32,000 nt of DNA from Burkholderia guangdongensis (lineage in GTDB: Bacteria; Pseudomonadota; Gammaproteobacteria; Burkholderiales; Burkholderiaceae). The first letter of the stretch is position 1. The number at the start of each line of letters is the position of its first letter. Location of the stretch: contig NZ_JACBNX010000002.1 in assembly GCF_013403875.1 (NCBI RefSeq), forward strand, positions 157,889-189,888. Reading direction: 5' to 3'. The notes beneath the pieces were generated by a model. The model worked only from the letters and a program-made list of their open reading frames with translations, was not told the DNA's origin and did not search any database. Both the position numbers and the translations under genes were made by a program. This document shows, piece by piece, positions 1 through 9,378 of this stretch.

Positions 1-473
1 ATGATCCGCGTGCCTTCGACCGCGATCGCCTTCACGTCCTCCTTCGACGCGCCGAACACGATCCGGCGGAACGACGGGCAGATCGCGTTGTACAGGTGCA
101 CGATCGCGCGCGGCACGCCGGCGAGCGCGTCGAACGTGCGCGCGATCAGGTCTTCGCGCGACTGCACGAGCACTTCGATCGTCACGTCGTCCGGAATGCG
201 CTTTTCGTCGATCAGCTTGCGGACGAAATCGAAGTCGGTTTGCGACGCCGACGGAAAACCGACTTCGATCTCCTTGAAGCCGATCGCGACGAGCATCTCG
301 AAGAACTCGAGCTTCTGCTCGATGCTCATCGGCTCGATCAGCGACTGGTTGCCGTCGCGCAGATCGGTGCTCATCCACATCGGCGCGCGCTCGATCGTGC
401 GCGTCGGCCACTTGCGTCCGTTGAGGCGGACGGGTTCGAACGGTCGGTATTTGTCTTGCGGGTTGCGCATCAT
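1..473 (-). CDS. leuA: 2-isopropylmalate synthase, N-terminal part (gene runs off the window start)
   Basis: Not in the ORF track because it is truncated. The reverse complement from ATG (comp. 471-473) reads [107 protein letters not shown]... The DLRDGNQ and [14 protein letters not shown] signatures match long-form LeuA. The + strand ORFs 1..546 and 96..1124 are antisense shadows. Confidence 0.8.
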   Translation of the reverse strand, partial: MMRNPQDKYRPFEPVRLNGRKWPTRTIERAPMWMSTDLRDGNQSLIEPMSIEQKLEFFEMLVAIGFKEIEVGFPSASQTDFDFVRKLIDEKRIPDDVTIEVLVQSREDLIARTFDALAGVPRAIVHLYNAICPSFRRIVFGASKEDVKAIAVEGTRI

Positions 474-808
474 CTTGTTGACCTCGGGTCTCAAGTCGCG
501 TGCGAAGAGGCGCGGCGGGCGCGGTCGGCGCCGCCTCGCACCGTGACGCCGGATGGCGCGCGGATGCGGGTGATCTTCGCGATTCGGCCGACGGATGGAC
601 GGACGAAAGCTGACGACTTCGGTTGTAAAAAACTGCGAGAAGGTACGACGAAAACTTCAGGAGGGACCGTGCGGATGGCACGGCGCCACGACAGCGGAAC
701 TTACGCTAGTCGTAGCGATAGCGACCGCGCTAGGCGGCCGGAGGTAATTCGGAGGGGGTTCGGAATGGAACGCATGGCGACCACTCTATGCGAAGACGCC
801 GGGGCGTG

Positions 809-1798
809 TCAAATGCCGTGTATCGGTGCGACCGGCGCGACTCGAACGATCCGCACGATCGTGTCGACCTGCCGCGCGACCGTGTCCGGCACCGGCACCG
901 CGCCGCGCAGCACCGCGTCGGTCCAGGCGGCGGTGGTCGCCGCGTCGCGCGATTCGGGCAGCGCGACGGGCGGCGCGTCGGGCGTCGAGCGCTCGGCTTC
1001 GTGCAGCGTGTCGCACACGCCGTCGTGCAGCCAGTCGACCTGCACCTGGCGCCGCGTGTCGGCGACCGCTTCGCCCTCGGTGCCGCGCGCGAGCAGCGCG
1101 CCGCCCGCCGACGCGGCCGGATGATCGTTGAACAGCCGCGCGAGGCTGTCGCGGTACGGCGGATGGGTGTAGTTCACGAGCCGCAGCCCGGCCGGCGCGA
1201 ACGGCTGCAGGATCTTCACGAGCGTGTGCGTCGAGTTGCGCACGCCGAGCACGCCGCGCATCGCGAGCAGGCGCGCGAGCTTCGGCGCGAGCGTGTCGAT
1301 CGGCGCGAACGCGGCGCGGCGCTCGGCGAGCGCGGCCTCGATCTCATCGTGCGAGCGCGATGGCGCGATCGACAGCGCGTCGAAGATTTCGGCGCTCGTC
1401 ACGCGCCCCGGATCCCGGGTCACGCCGTGCACGAGCACCGGCACGCCTTCGCGCGCGAGCAGCAGCGCGAGCAGCGGCACGAGGTTCGGCTGCTTGCGCG
1501 CGCCGTTGTAGCTCGGGATCGACACCGCGCGGAACGCGCCGTCCGGCACGCGCACCGGCTCGAACGACGCCTGCGCGGCAGCCAGCATCGCGGCGAGCTC
1601 GTCGGCGGTCTCGCCCTTCAGCCGGTACGCGATCAGCACCGCGCCAAGCTCGACGTCGGACACGCGTGCGTCGAGCATTGCGCGGTAGAGTGCGAACGTG
1701 TCGTCGGCGGACAGCGCGCGCGCGCCATGAGGGCCGCGCCCGATTTCCTTGATGAAGCGGGCGCACGGGAAGGCGTCGGAGGCGTGGGAGTCGGTCAT
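809..1798 (-). CDS. ybiB: YbiB-like glycosyl transferase family 3 protein (anthranilate phosphoribosyltransferase-like, DNA-binding type)
   Basis: ORF 809..1918. I trimmed the start to the internal ATG at 1798 (MTDSHASDAF...). The FIKEIGRGPHGARAL...IPSYNGARKQPNLVPLLALLLAREGVPVLVHGV pattern closely matches E. coli YbiB. Confidence 0.7.
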   Translation of the reverse strand: MTDSHASDAFPCARFIKEIGRGPHGARALSADDTFALYRAMLDARVSDVELGAVLIAYRLKGETADELAAMLAAAQASFEPVRVPDGAFRAVSIPSYNGARKQPNLVPLLALLLAREGVPVLVHGVTRDPGRVTSAEIFDALSIAPSRSHDEIEAALAERRAAFAPIDTLAPKLARLLAMRGVLGVRNSTHTLVKILQPFAPAGLRLVNYTHPPYRDSLARLFNDHPAASAGGALLARGTEGEAVADTRRQVQVDWLHDGVCDTLHEAERSTPDAPPVALPESRDAATTAAWTDAVLRGAVPVPDTVARQVDTIVRIVRVAPVAPIHGI

Positions 1799-2041
1799 CG
1801 AAGCGTGAAGGTGGCGGCCGGCGTCGCGGGGCGAGGCGGGCGGCGTGGTCTGCGGGAACCTGCCGAGTACACCGCATTTGCGCGGTTCTGGCAAGCACGC
1901 GTCGGCATGGTTCGCCATGCGTTGGCATGCTTCGGCGTGACGGCATGCGTCGGCGCGCTACACTCTCGACGTCGACGACGCGCGCGCATGTCGCGGTGCC
2001 GCCGTGCCGCGCGCCGATCAAGACCATGAGAGACGAGACCC

Positions 2042-2686
2042 ATGAAGCTATACAGCTATTTCCGCAGTTCCGCCGCGTATCGCGTGCGGATCGCGCTGCA
2101 TCTGAAGCAACTGCCGTTCGACTATGTGCCGGTCCATCTGCTGCGCGACGGCGGCCAGCAACTGAAGGACGACTATCGGACGCTGAACCCGGACGGCCTC
2201 GTGCCGACGCTGATCGACGGCGACATGACGCTGCAGCAGTCGCTCGCGATCGTCGAGTATCTGGAGGAGACGCATCCGGAGCCGCCGCTGTTGCCGAAGC
2301 AGCCGGCGGATCGCGCGTACGTGCGCGCGAGCGCGCTGCAGATCGCGTGCGAGATCCATCCGCTGAACAACCTGCGCGTGCTGAAGTATCTGAAGCACAC
2401 GCTCGGCGTGCCGGAAGAGGCGAAGAACGAGTGGTACCGCCATTGGATCGAATCGGGCTTCGCATCGCTCGAGGCGCGGCTCGCGCACGATCCGCGCACC
2501 GGCAAGCTCTGCTTCGGCGATACGCCGACGCTCGCCGACATCTGCCTCGTGCCGCAGGTCTTCAACGCGCAGCGCTTCTCGATCGACACGCAGCGCTACC
2601 CGACGATCCAGCGGATCTACGACCACGCGGCGTCGCTCGACGCGTTCAAGGCGGCCGCGCCCGGCGCGCAGCCCGACGCCGAGTGA
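2042..2686 (+). CDS. maiA: maleylacetoacetate isomerase (zeta-class glutathione S-transferase)
   Basis: 214-aa ORF starting MKLYSYFRSSAAYRVRIALHLK...LNPDGLVPTLIDGD..LQQSLAIVEYLEE. This is the typical GST-zeta/MaiA N-terminal motif and length. Confidence 0.85.
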   Translation: MKLYSYFRSSAAYRVRIALHLKQLPFDYVPVHLLRDGGQQLKDDYRTLNPDGLVPTLIDGDMTLQQSLAIVEYLEETHPEPPLLPKQPADRAYVRASALQIACEIHPLNNLRVLKYLKHTLGVPEEAKNEWYRHWIESGFASLEARLAHDPRTGKLCFGDTPTLADICLVPQVFNAQRFSIDTQRYPTIQRIYDHAASLDAFKAAAPGAQPDAE

Positions 2687-2739
2687 GCGGTGGATGAGCG
2701 CCGAGTGAGCGTCACCTCGCGCGCCCGCCGCGCATGAAA

Positions 2740-2763
2740 AAGGCGCCCTCGCTCGGGCGCCTT
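2740..2763. terminator. GC-rich hairpin between convergent maiA and ftsY (probable bidirectional terminator)
   Basis: aaggcgccc (2740-2748) pairs with gggcgcctt (2755-2763) around a 6-nt loop. It is preceded by an A-run and lies between two convergent stop codons. Confidence 0.5.
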
Positions 2764-2785
2764 CGATCCATCGCGCGACGCGCGC

Positions 2786-3997
2786 TCAGCCGAGCAGCGC
2801 GTCCGCGAATTCTTCCGCGCTGAACGGCTGCAGATCCTCGACCTTCTCGCCGACGCCGATGAAGTAGACCGGCACCGGCCGCTGCCGCGCGATCGCGGCG
2901 AGAATCCCGCCCTTCGCGGTGCCGTCGAGCTTCGTGACGATGAGGCCGGTGAGGCCGAGCGCGTCGTCGAACGCCTTCACCTGCGCGAGCGCGTTCTGGC
3001 CGGTGTTCGCGTCAATCACGAGCAGCACCTCGTGCGGCGCGCCGTCGTGCGCCTTGCCGATCACGCGCTTCACCTTGCGCAGCTCCTCCATCAGATGTAG
3101 TTGCGTCGGCAGGCGGCCGGCAGTGTCGGCCATCATCACGTCGATGTTGCGCGCGCGCGCGGCGCTGACCGCGTCGAAGATCACCGCGGCCGGATCGCCG
3201 CTTTCCTGCTGCACGACCGTCACGTTGTTGCGCTCGCCCCAGATCGCGAGCTGCTCGCGCGCGGCCGCGCGGAACGTGTCGCCGGCCGCGAGCAGCACCG
3301 ACTGGTCGAAGCTCTGCAGATGCTTTGCGAGCTTGCCGATGCTCGTCGTCTTGCCCGCGCCGTTCACGCCCGCGATCATCATCACGAGCGGCTGCGCGCG
3401 GCCGAGCATCAGCGATTTCTCGAGCGGCTTCAGCAGCTCGACGAGCAGGTCGCGCAGCGCATCCTTCACCTGCTGGGGATCGGTCAGGCGGTCGGCGCGC
3501 ACCTTGCCGCGCAACGCGTCGAGCAGATGCTCGGTCGCGTCGACGCCCGCGTCGGACATCAGCAGCGCCGTTTCGAGTTCCTCGTACAGCTCGTCGTCGA
3601 TCTTCGCTTTCACGAACACGTTCGTGATGTTCGAGCCGGTTTTCGCGAGGCCGGATTTCAGGCGCGTGAGCCACGACTGCTTCGCGGCGGGCGTTTGCAC
3701 CGGCGGCGGGACGATTTCGACCGTCTCGACGACGTCGCCGTTGCCTGACGCCGTCGGCGTGACCGTCATCACGACGGATGGCGTGGCCGGCGCAGGTGCG
3801 GCAGGCACAGGTGCTGCGGGCTTCGGCGCAGCCGGCGCAGGCGCGGCCGGCGTCGGAGCCGGCGCGGATGCCGGTTGCGGGACGCTCGCCGCGGGCACAT
3901 CGGCGGGCGGCGTGTCGTGCAGTGCTTCGTCGGCCGACAGCGCGTCCGCGGCCGTCGACTCCGGCGATTTCTTGAATCGTTTGAAGAAACTGAACAT
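2786..3997 (-). CDS. ftsY: signal recognition particle receptor FtsY
   Basis: 403-aa ORF with an acidic, Ala/Pro-rich N-terminus followed by an SRP GTPase domain (GVNGAGKTTSIGKLA, DTAGR, TKLDGTAKGG). Confidence 0.9.
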   Translation of the reverse strand: MFSFFKRFKKSPESTAADALSADEALHDTPPADVPAASVPQPASAPAPTPAAPAPAAPKPAAPVPAAPAPATPSVVMTVTPTASGNGDVVETVEIVPPPVQTPAAKQSWLTRLKSGLAKTGSNITNVFVKAKIDDELYEELETALLMSDAGVDATEHLLDALRGKVRADRLTDPQQVKDALRDLLVELLKPLEKSLMLGRAQPLVMMIAGVNGAGKTTSIGKLAKHLQSFDQSVLLAAGDTFRAAAREQLAIWGERNNVTVVQQESGDPAAVIFDAVSAARARNIDVMMADTAGRLPTQLHLMEELRKVKRVIGKAHDGAPHEVLLVIDANTGQNALAQVKAFDDALGLTGLIVTKLDGTAKGGILAAIARQRPVPVYFIGVGEKVEDLQPFSAEEFADALLG

Positions 3998-4212
3998 GGT
4001 CTGACTTCGGGAAGAGGTGCGAGTCGTGGCCGAGGGCGGCGCGGATCACCGAGCGACGGCGACCGGGACGTGCATTTTATCAGGCGCGCCTAAGGCTCGT
4101 TATAAGCGGGCGCAGGTACTCGTGCGCGGTGCCGCCGCGCGCGGCTGTGGTAACGTGCGCCTGTTCGGCGGCGCGCACCGTTCGCGCCCGGTCCCCATCG
4201 TCTCCTGGCTCC

Positions 4213-5444
<1,232 letters not shown>

Positions 5445-5500
5445 CGCGAACGCCGGCCGGTGCCGTCCCGGTGCCGGCCGCAGGTCCGAGCAAGTGAGAT

Positions 5501-5539
5501 CAGCATGGCTTTGACGATTACCGACGAGTGCATCAATTG
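5501..5539 (+). repeat. attL: left copy of the 39-bp direct repeat bounding the island
   Basis: cagcatggctttgaCgattaccgacgagtgcatcaattg matches 18682-18720 at every position except one (5515 C versus 18696 T). High-GC backbone lies to the left and lower-GC DNA to the right. Confidence 0.85.
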
Positions 5540-5540
5540 A
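5505..5540 (+). pseudogene. orphaned 5' stub of the ferredoxin gene (11 codons, MALTITDECIN, then stop)
   Basis: It follows the native high-GC coaD-ferredoxin intergenic region. The reading frame is broken at CAATTG|A, where the island DNA starts. Confidence 0.8.
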
Positions 5541-5613
5541 AAATTAGGGTCAAAACCTAATTTCACCGTTGGTCGAGGCTTTCCGGCATTTTCGATTGTC
5601 CGAAATCATGTTT

Positions 5614-5632
5614 TGCAACACCTATGCAACAC
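5614..5632 (+). repeat. TGCAACAC-cta-TGCAACAC tandem motif (candidate arm-type integrase binding site, P' arm)
   Basis: The 17-bp tgcaacacctatgcaac is repeated exactly at 18566-18582. It lies 74 bp inside attL, just upstream of the integrase start. Confidence 0.5.
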
Positions 5633-5644
5633 TGGGAGCAAAGC

Positions 5645-6631
5645 ATGGCCACATTCAGTCAGCGTAATAACCGTTGGCAAGTCAAAGTAACTCGCAAGGG
5701 ATTTCCTACGCAGTACAAATCGTTTTCGACAAAGGCGGAAGGTCAGGTTTGGGCGCGCTCCGTCGAAACTATGATGGATGATGGAACGTGGGTCGATCCG
5801 GCCGGCACGACCGACATAACATTCGGAAAGCTGCTGGAGCGCTACAAAGAGTCGGTTACGCAGACAAAGCGCAGCCGACGCAGTGAGGAATACCGTATCG
5901 GCAAAATGATGCGACACAAGATCGCCGAGTACAGTATGTGCAACCTCACGACCAGCGTGCTTGCGGATTATCGAGATCAACGTCTTAAGGTAGCGACCAA
6001 CTCATGCGTCTGTCGAGAACTCGCGACAATCAGCGCCGTTATCACGCATGCTCAGCGCGAATGGGGGCTTAGCATAACGAATCCGGCGAAGCTTGTGAAA
6101 CGGCCTAGATTGCCGCCCGGTCGAAATCGTATGCTGAAACCGGCCGAGGTTGATCGTCTATTGCATGAACTCAACGCAGAGCGTCACGAGTTGCGGAGCA
6201 AGTGGCTGGTTCCGCTCGTTAGGCTTGCGCTTGAGACTGCTATGCGACAGGGCGAATTGCTATCCCTGCTATGGAAGCACATTGATTTCGATGAGCGCAC
6301 GGCTTATTTGCCGATGACGAAAAACGGCAAGGATCGTTGTGTTCCGCTGAGTAGCGCGGCGCTTGCGATTCTGGAAAGTTTGGAGCGAGTTGACGAGCGC
6401 GTCATCCCGATTAGCCAGAACATCGTTTTGTGCGCATGGCCGCGCGCATGCAAGCGTGCCCGGATCGAAGACTTTCGCTTTCACGATTTGCGGCACATGG
6501 CGACAACCAGTCTCGCGAAGAGGTTGCCAAACGTGATTGAACTCGCATCGGTAACAGGACATAGCAACGTTCAGATGCTGAAGCGTTACTATCACACGTC
6601 GGCCAGCGAACTGGCGAAAAAGCTGGGCTGA
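5645..6631 (+). CDS. int: tyrosine-type site-specific integrase with N-terminal arm-binding-like domain
   Basis: ORF 5624..6631. ATG 5645 has a gggag SD 6 nt upstream. The N-terminus (RNNRWQVKVTRKGFP..KSFSTKAEGQVWARSVE) is arm-domain-like. The catalytic residues appear as ALETAMRQGE (R), HDLRH (H-x-x-R) and GHSNVQMLKRYYH (H...Y). Confidence 0.9.
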   Translation: MATFSQRNNRWQVKVTRKGFPTQYKSFSTKAEGQVWARSVETMMDDGTWVDPAGTTDITFGKLLERYKESVTQTKRSRRSEEYRIGKMMRHKIAEYSMCNLTTSVLADYRDQRLKVATNSCVCRELATISAVITHAQREWGLSITNPAKLVKRPRLPPGRNRMLKPAEVDRLLHELNAERHELRSKWLVPLVRLALETAMRQGELLSLLWKHIDFDERTAYLPMTKNGKDRCVPLSSAALAILESLERVDERVIPISQNIVLCAWPRACKRARIEDFRFHDLRHMATTSLAKRLPNVIELASVTGHSNVQMLKRYYHTSASELAKKLG

Positions 6632-6773
6632 GCCCAGATAACCTCATGTATACCGTACACACGGGAATCACGAAAAACGGACGTCTTTGAAATTGGCCTC
6701 TCTGTGACGACGTGCGAAAGAGGCCAAGACCTGCAAACGTCGGTCCAACCGACTTTTCTGCTGCGAATATTGG

Positions 6774-7028
6774 TCAGATCGGCTTGGCGTTGAGGTCGGA
6801 AAGCTGCTTTTGCAACTTCCGGATTCGGTGCGTGATGTCCGCTCGCTTGGCTGTGGTTGTCTGGCGTTTGGCCGCTTGCTTTTGTGCATCGATGCGCTGC
6901 TTCTCAAGGTCAGCGACTTCATGTAGACCAACGTGGGTCAGGATTTCATGGTATCTCATGGGCATTGCCTCTATCGTTGTGTACAGATATTTATGTGCGG
7001 ATAGAGACAGCGACTCGCTGAATTTCAA
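6774..7028 (-). CDS. small coiled-coil hypothetical protein (start uncertain; ATGs at 6965 and 6959 are alternatives to the TTG at 7028)
   Basis: It lies immediately downstream of, and overlaps by 4 nt, the T5orf172-like gene on the same strand. The C-terminal half is charged and heptad-like (LEKQRIDAQKQAAKRQ...RIRKLQKQLSDL). I recognise no family. Confidence 0.4.
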   Translation of the reverse strand: MKFSESLSLSAHKYLYTTIEAMPMRYHEILTHVGLHEVADLEKQRIDAQKQAAKRQTTTAKRADITHRIRKLQKQLSDLNAKPI

Positions 7029-7660
7029 TCAACTGTTGAGTCACCGTATTGCTCTTCTTCCATGCGGCGGCGACGCTCACCTAACGTTTCCCCTTCATAC
7101 ATCCAGTAACCCGGTCCACTTGCTGCTGGAGTGGTGTAGCCCTTGGATTGAAGCGCCTTCAATGCTGCAGCGGAAAGGCTCATTACTTCGCCCTTATAGC
7201 TCACGCGGCCACTGTCAACGACGGTACAGGTGATTGCTTCGTCGCGTGACAGCGTGAGTTCCGCGCCAGGCTTGACTCCCACTGCGTCCAGGTTGAACTT
7301 GGAGCGACGTGCCTTTGCCTTATCCAGAGCTTGCAGTTCTTCCGAATCGATATCGGTGTAGCCAGGCGTGACCTCTCTGAAATTGCCGATGCTGATTGCC
7401 AGCACGACTTTCTCGGGATCGATCTTGAAGAATTCTCGTCTGGGATTGATCCGAGTATCAGCAAATAACTGATGCAGGGCCTTTTCGAGCTTCGAGCAAT
7501 CTTCAACCTCCGCAGCGAAGTAGCACTCGAACGGGAGGGGAACGCCAGTAGCCAAGCTAAGCTGGCTGATGCGAGATTCCACGCTATCGCCATTGGTCAT
7601 CCCAATCTTGACGATATTCGGCATGGCCTCGTTGGTCAGGACATAGATAATCTGCGCCAT
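7025..7660 (-). CDS. T5orf172 / GIY-YIG-like nuclease-domain protein
   Basis: The N-terminus IIYVLTNEAMPNIVKIGMTNGDSVESRISQL...LEKALHQLFADTRINPRREFFKI fits the T5orf172 (MUG113, GIY-YIG-related) pattern. The C-terminal part (..VMSLSAAALKAL..G..GYWMYEG) resembles the C-terminal extensions seen with such domains. Confidence 0.7.
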   Translation of the reverse strand: MAQIIYVLTNEAMPNIVKIGMTNGDSVESRISQLSLATGVPLPFECYFAAEVEDCSKLEKALHQLFADTRINPRREFFKIDPEKVVLAISIGNFREVTPGYTDIDSEELQALDKAKARRSKFNLDAVGVKPGAELTLSRDEAITCTVVDSGRVSYKGEVMSLSAAALKALQSKGYTTPAASGPGYWMYEGETLGERRRRMEEEQYGDSTVD

Positions 7661-7757
7661 TGTTGTATGTGGCTGATGGTCTAGCCACTAACAATATCAC
7701 GGCGCAGATGTGAGCGGCGCGTCCCGCATGCCTACGGCCCTACTGCCAGAGATCGGC

Positions 7758-8201
7758 TTACTTGGCGACGAAGCCCGAACGCATTTGACTACTGATGGCG
7801 TCGATCTGCGTATCGAGCTCGCCGGCCTCAACTGCTGCCTTGAGCGTCTCGAGCGTCGGGATCAGCTCGGCGAGCGTGCCGACTTCGATAGCCGTCTTGC
7901 CCTTTGCAAGCTCCAGCGTTTTTGTGCCATAGCGGACCGACATGCAGACTTTGCCGCTTTCGGCGGTCCACCACCACGCACGAACGCGCTTCTGTACTTC
8001 CACGTTGCGGCGCTCGCCGGTTTCTGCATTCTTCACCGAACGGAACTTCGTAGGTGAGAACGTCGTTCCCGCTTGCTGAGCCTTCGCGAGTTCCGTTTGC
8101 TCCCAGATCTTCGCGATCAAACGGTTACGACGTTGCACGATTTGCGGCATCGAACCGGGACGCTTGGCAGCGACGAGCTTTAGATTGGTGAGCGTGCTCA
8201 T
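7758..8201 (-). CDS. conserved-looking hypothetical protein (147 aa)
   Basis: The ATG has a good aggag SD 6 nt upstream, and the sequence is non-repetitive (..RVRAWWWTAESGKVCMSVRYGTKTLELAKGKTAIEV..). It looks like an island- or prophage-associated family of unknown function, but I cannot name it reliably. Confidence 0.55.
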   Translation of the reverse strand: MSTLTNLKLVAAKRPGSMPQIVQRRNRLIAKIWEQTELAKAQQAGTTFSPTKFRSVKNAETGERRNVEVQKRVRAWWWTAESGKVCMSVRYGTKTLELAKGKTAIEVGTLAELIPTLETLKAAVEAGELDTQIDAISSQMRSGFVAK

Positions 8202-8313
8202 ATTGGACTCCTGAGTTATGTGGTGGAGTGAGGATGTAGCCGCTTACGGCTGAAATCAACAGGATTTTTTACGCTATATCGAGCGCTTCGTCGTGGTCTT
8301 GCTAAATAAGGCT

Positions 8314-8814
8314 ATGGAAAAGAACATAAACATAAAAGTAGCGACACGGGACTGGATGATTCAGTACGCGCCATATTTAACGCATGCTGTAACGCTCACC
8401 ATGAAGCCGTATCGTGAAATCATGACCAACAAGGGACTGACTACACAGCGCTTGACAGAGATCGAAGCGAAAGAGAATTTCCGACAGTTCATTCGACGCC
8501 TGAACGCAGCTGTATATGGAAATGCAGCCAAGCGATTCGGTACGAGTGTCTATGTAATTCCTGTTATCGAAGGCATCGTAACGGACAAGCTTCTGCACTA
8601 TCACTGCATGATGGGGAATTTTCGAGGCGGAGTCGATGAGGCATTGATCGCTAGTGCGATTCGAGCCGCATGGCTTCAAACGGATTTCGGCAACTTTGAG
8701 GTCGACATCAAGCCTCTGACATCGGACGGCTGGATCGACTACATCCTCAAGGAAGTCGGCATAGGCGACGCCGACAACGTGGACTACGGAAACGTCCACG
8801 TACCAAAGGACTAA
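8314..8814 (+). CDS. small HUH-motif protein (rolling-circle Rep-like or Y1 transposase/RAYT-like)
   Basis: The ORF track starts at GTG 8293; the first ATG is 8314. Three motifs occur in the order and spacing typical of HUH endonucleases: HAVTLTM (beta-strand, FLTLT-like), VIPVIEG...LLHYHCMM (HUH) and WIDYILKE (catalytic Tyr, YxxK). The functional call is by motif only. Confidence 0.5.
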   Translation: MEKNINIKVATRDWMIQYAPYLTHAVTLTMKPYREIMTNKGLTTQRLTEIEAKENFRQFIRRLNAAVYGNAAKRFGTSVYVIPVIEGIVTDKLLHYHCMMGNFRGGVDEALIASAIRAAWLQTDFGNFEVDIKPLTSDGWIDYILKEVGIGDADNVDYGNVHVPKD

Positions 8815-8835
8815 CGCTCCGATATAGAAACGTCT

Positions 8836-8872
8836 AGCTGCGTGATGACCAAAGGTCCTCGCAGCTTTTATT
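8836..8872 (+). terminator. hairpin plus T-tract after the HUH gene
   Basis: agctgcg (8836-8842) pairs with cgcagct (8860-8866) and is followed by tttatt. The loop is long (17 nt), so confidence is modest. Confidence 0.4.
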
Positions 8873-9198
8873 GCGAAGAGCTTCGTTACATGAGGTTCTT
8901 TAATGATTTCTTGCGGTTATAGATCTCAATGAATAACTCCTCCGATGGATCTTGTGACGAACTACTCGAAGAAAATAAAGACATCTATATGTGAGAAATA
9001 CGACGAACAAGGAACGGATAGAGCATGCGACAGAAAGCAACCAGATGTTCGTAGTCGAAGACACCGCATGCAGCAACAACTAGTTCGTCCACGTCCTCTC
9101 CTACTTCCTTCCCTACTACTGCTCCTACTTCAACGGCGCTACTTGCAAGCAAATTGTTCGGTTAGCGGGCAATTTCCGGCAGCGGTGCGCACATTACT

Positions 9199-9215
9199 TG
9201 TCGGTTTAACCGACA
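9199..9215. repeat. palindromic element copy 1 (TGTCGGTT-T-AACCGACA)
   Basis: A perfect 8-1-8 palindrome in the long non-coding stretch ~160 bp upstream of the short recombinase gene. Confidence 0.8.
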
Positions 9216-9378
9216 TCTCCCATCAGCAGCAAGCTAAAACCAAATGAAATAGCAAAAACATTTGGTTATCACGTAGGTGCTTGATTTCTCTGGCCTCTGC
9301 CCGATGTCATTTGGTTGTTGATCCGTATAACTAAAGAATACATCCTCTGGACATGAATTCTCTTTGTTCGGAGGGGAA

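Noticed and set aside
1-1124. ORFs 1..546 (+) and 96..1124 (+)
   Set aside because: They are antisense to the clearly recognisable leuA N-terminus (minus strand, 1-473). The translations are low-complexity and Arg-rich.
788-2465. Long ORFs 788..2029 (+), 826..1131 (+), 1344..2465 (-) and 1360..1752 (+) overlapping the ybiB-like gene and maiA
   Set aside because: Their Arg/Ala/Pro-rich translations are typical of off-frame and antisense reading of high-GC DNA. The ybiB-like and maiA frames have clear family signatures instead.
6693-6727. Hairpin ttggcctct / agaggccaa after the integrase gene as a terminator
   Set aside because: The 9-bp stem has a 17-nt loop and no clear U-tract. It is plausible but too weak to list as a feature.
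8945-9247. 100-aa ORF in the non-coding junction
   Set aside because: It is low-complexity (LLLPSLLLLLLQRR...), has no SD and runs across the CT-rich tract and palindrome copy 1. It is most likely non-coding.
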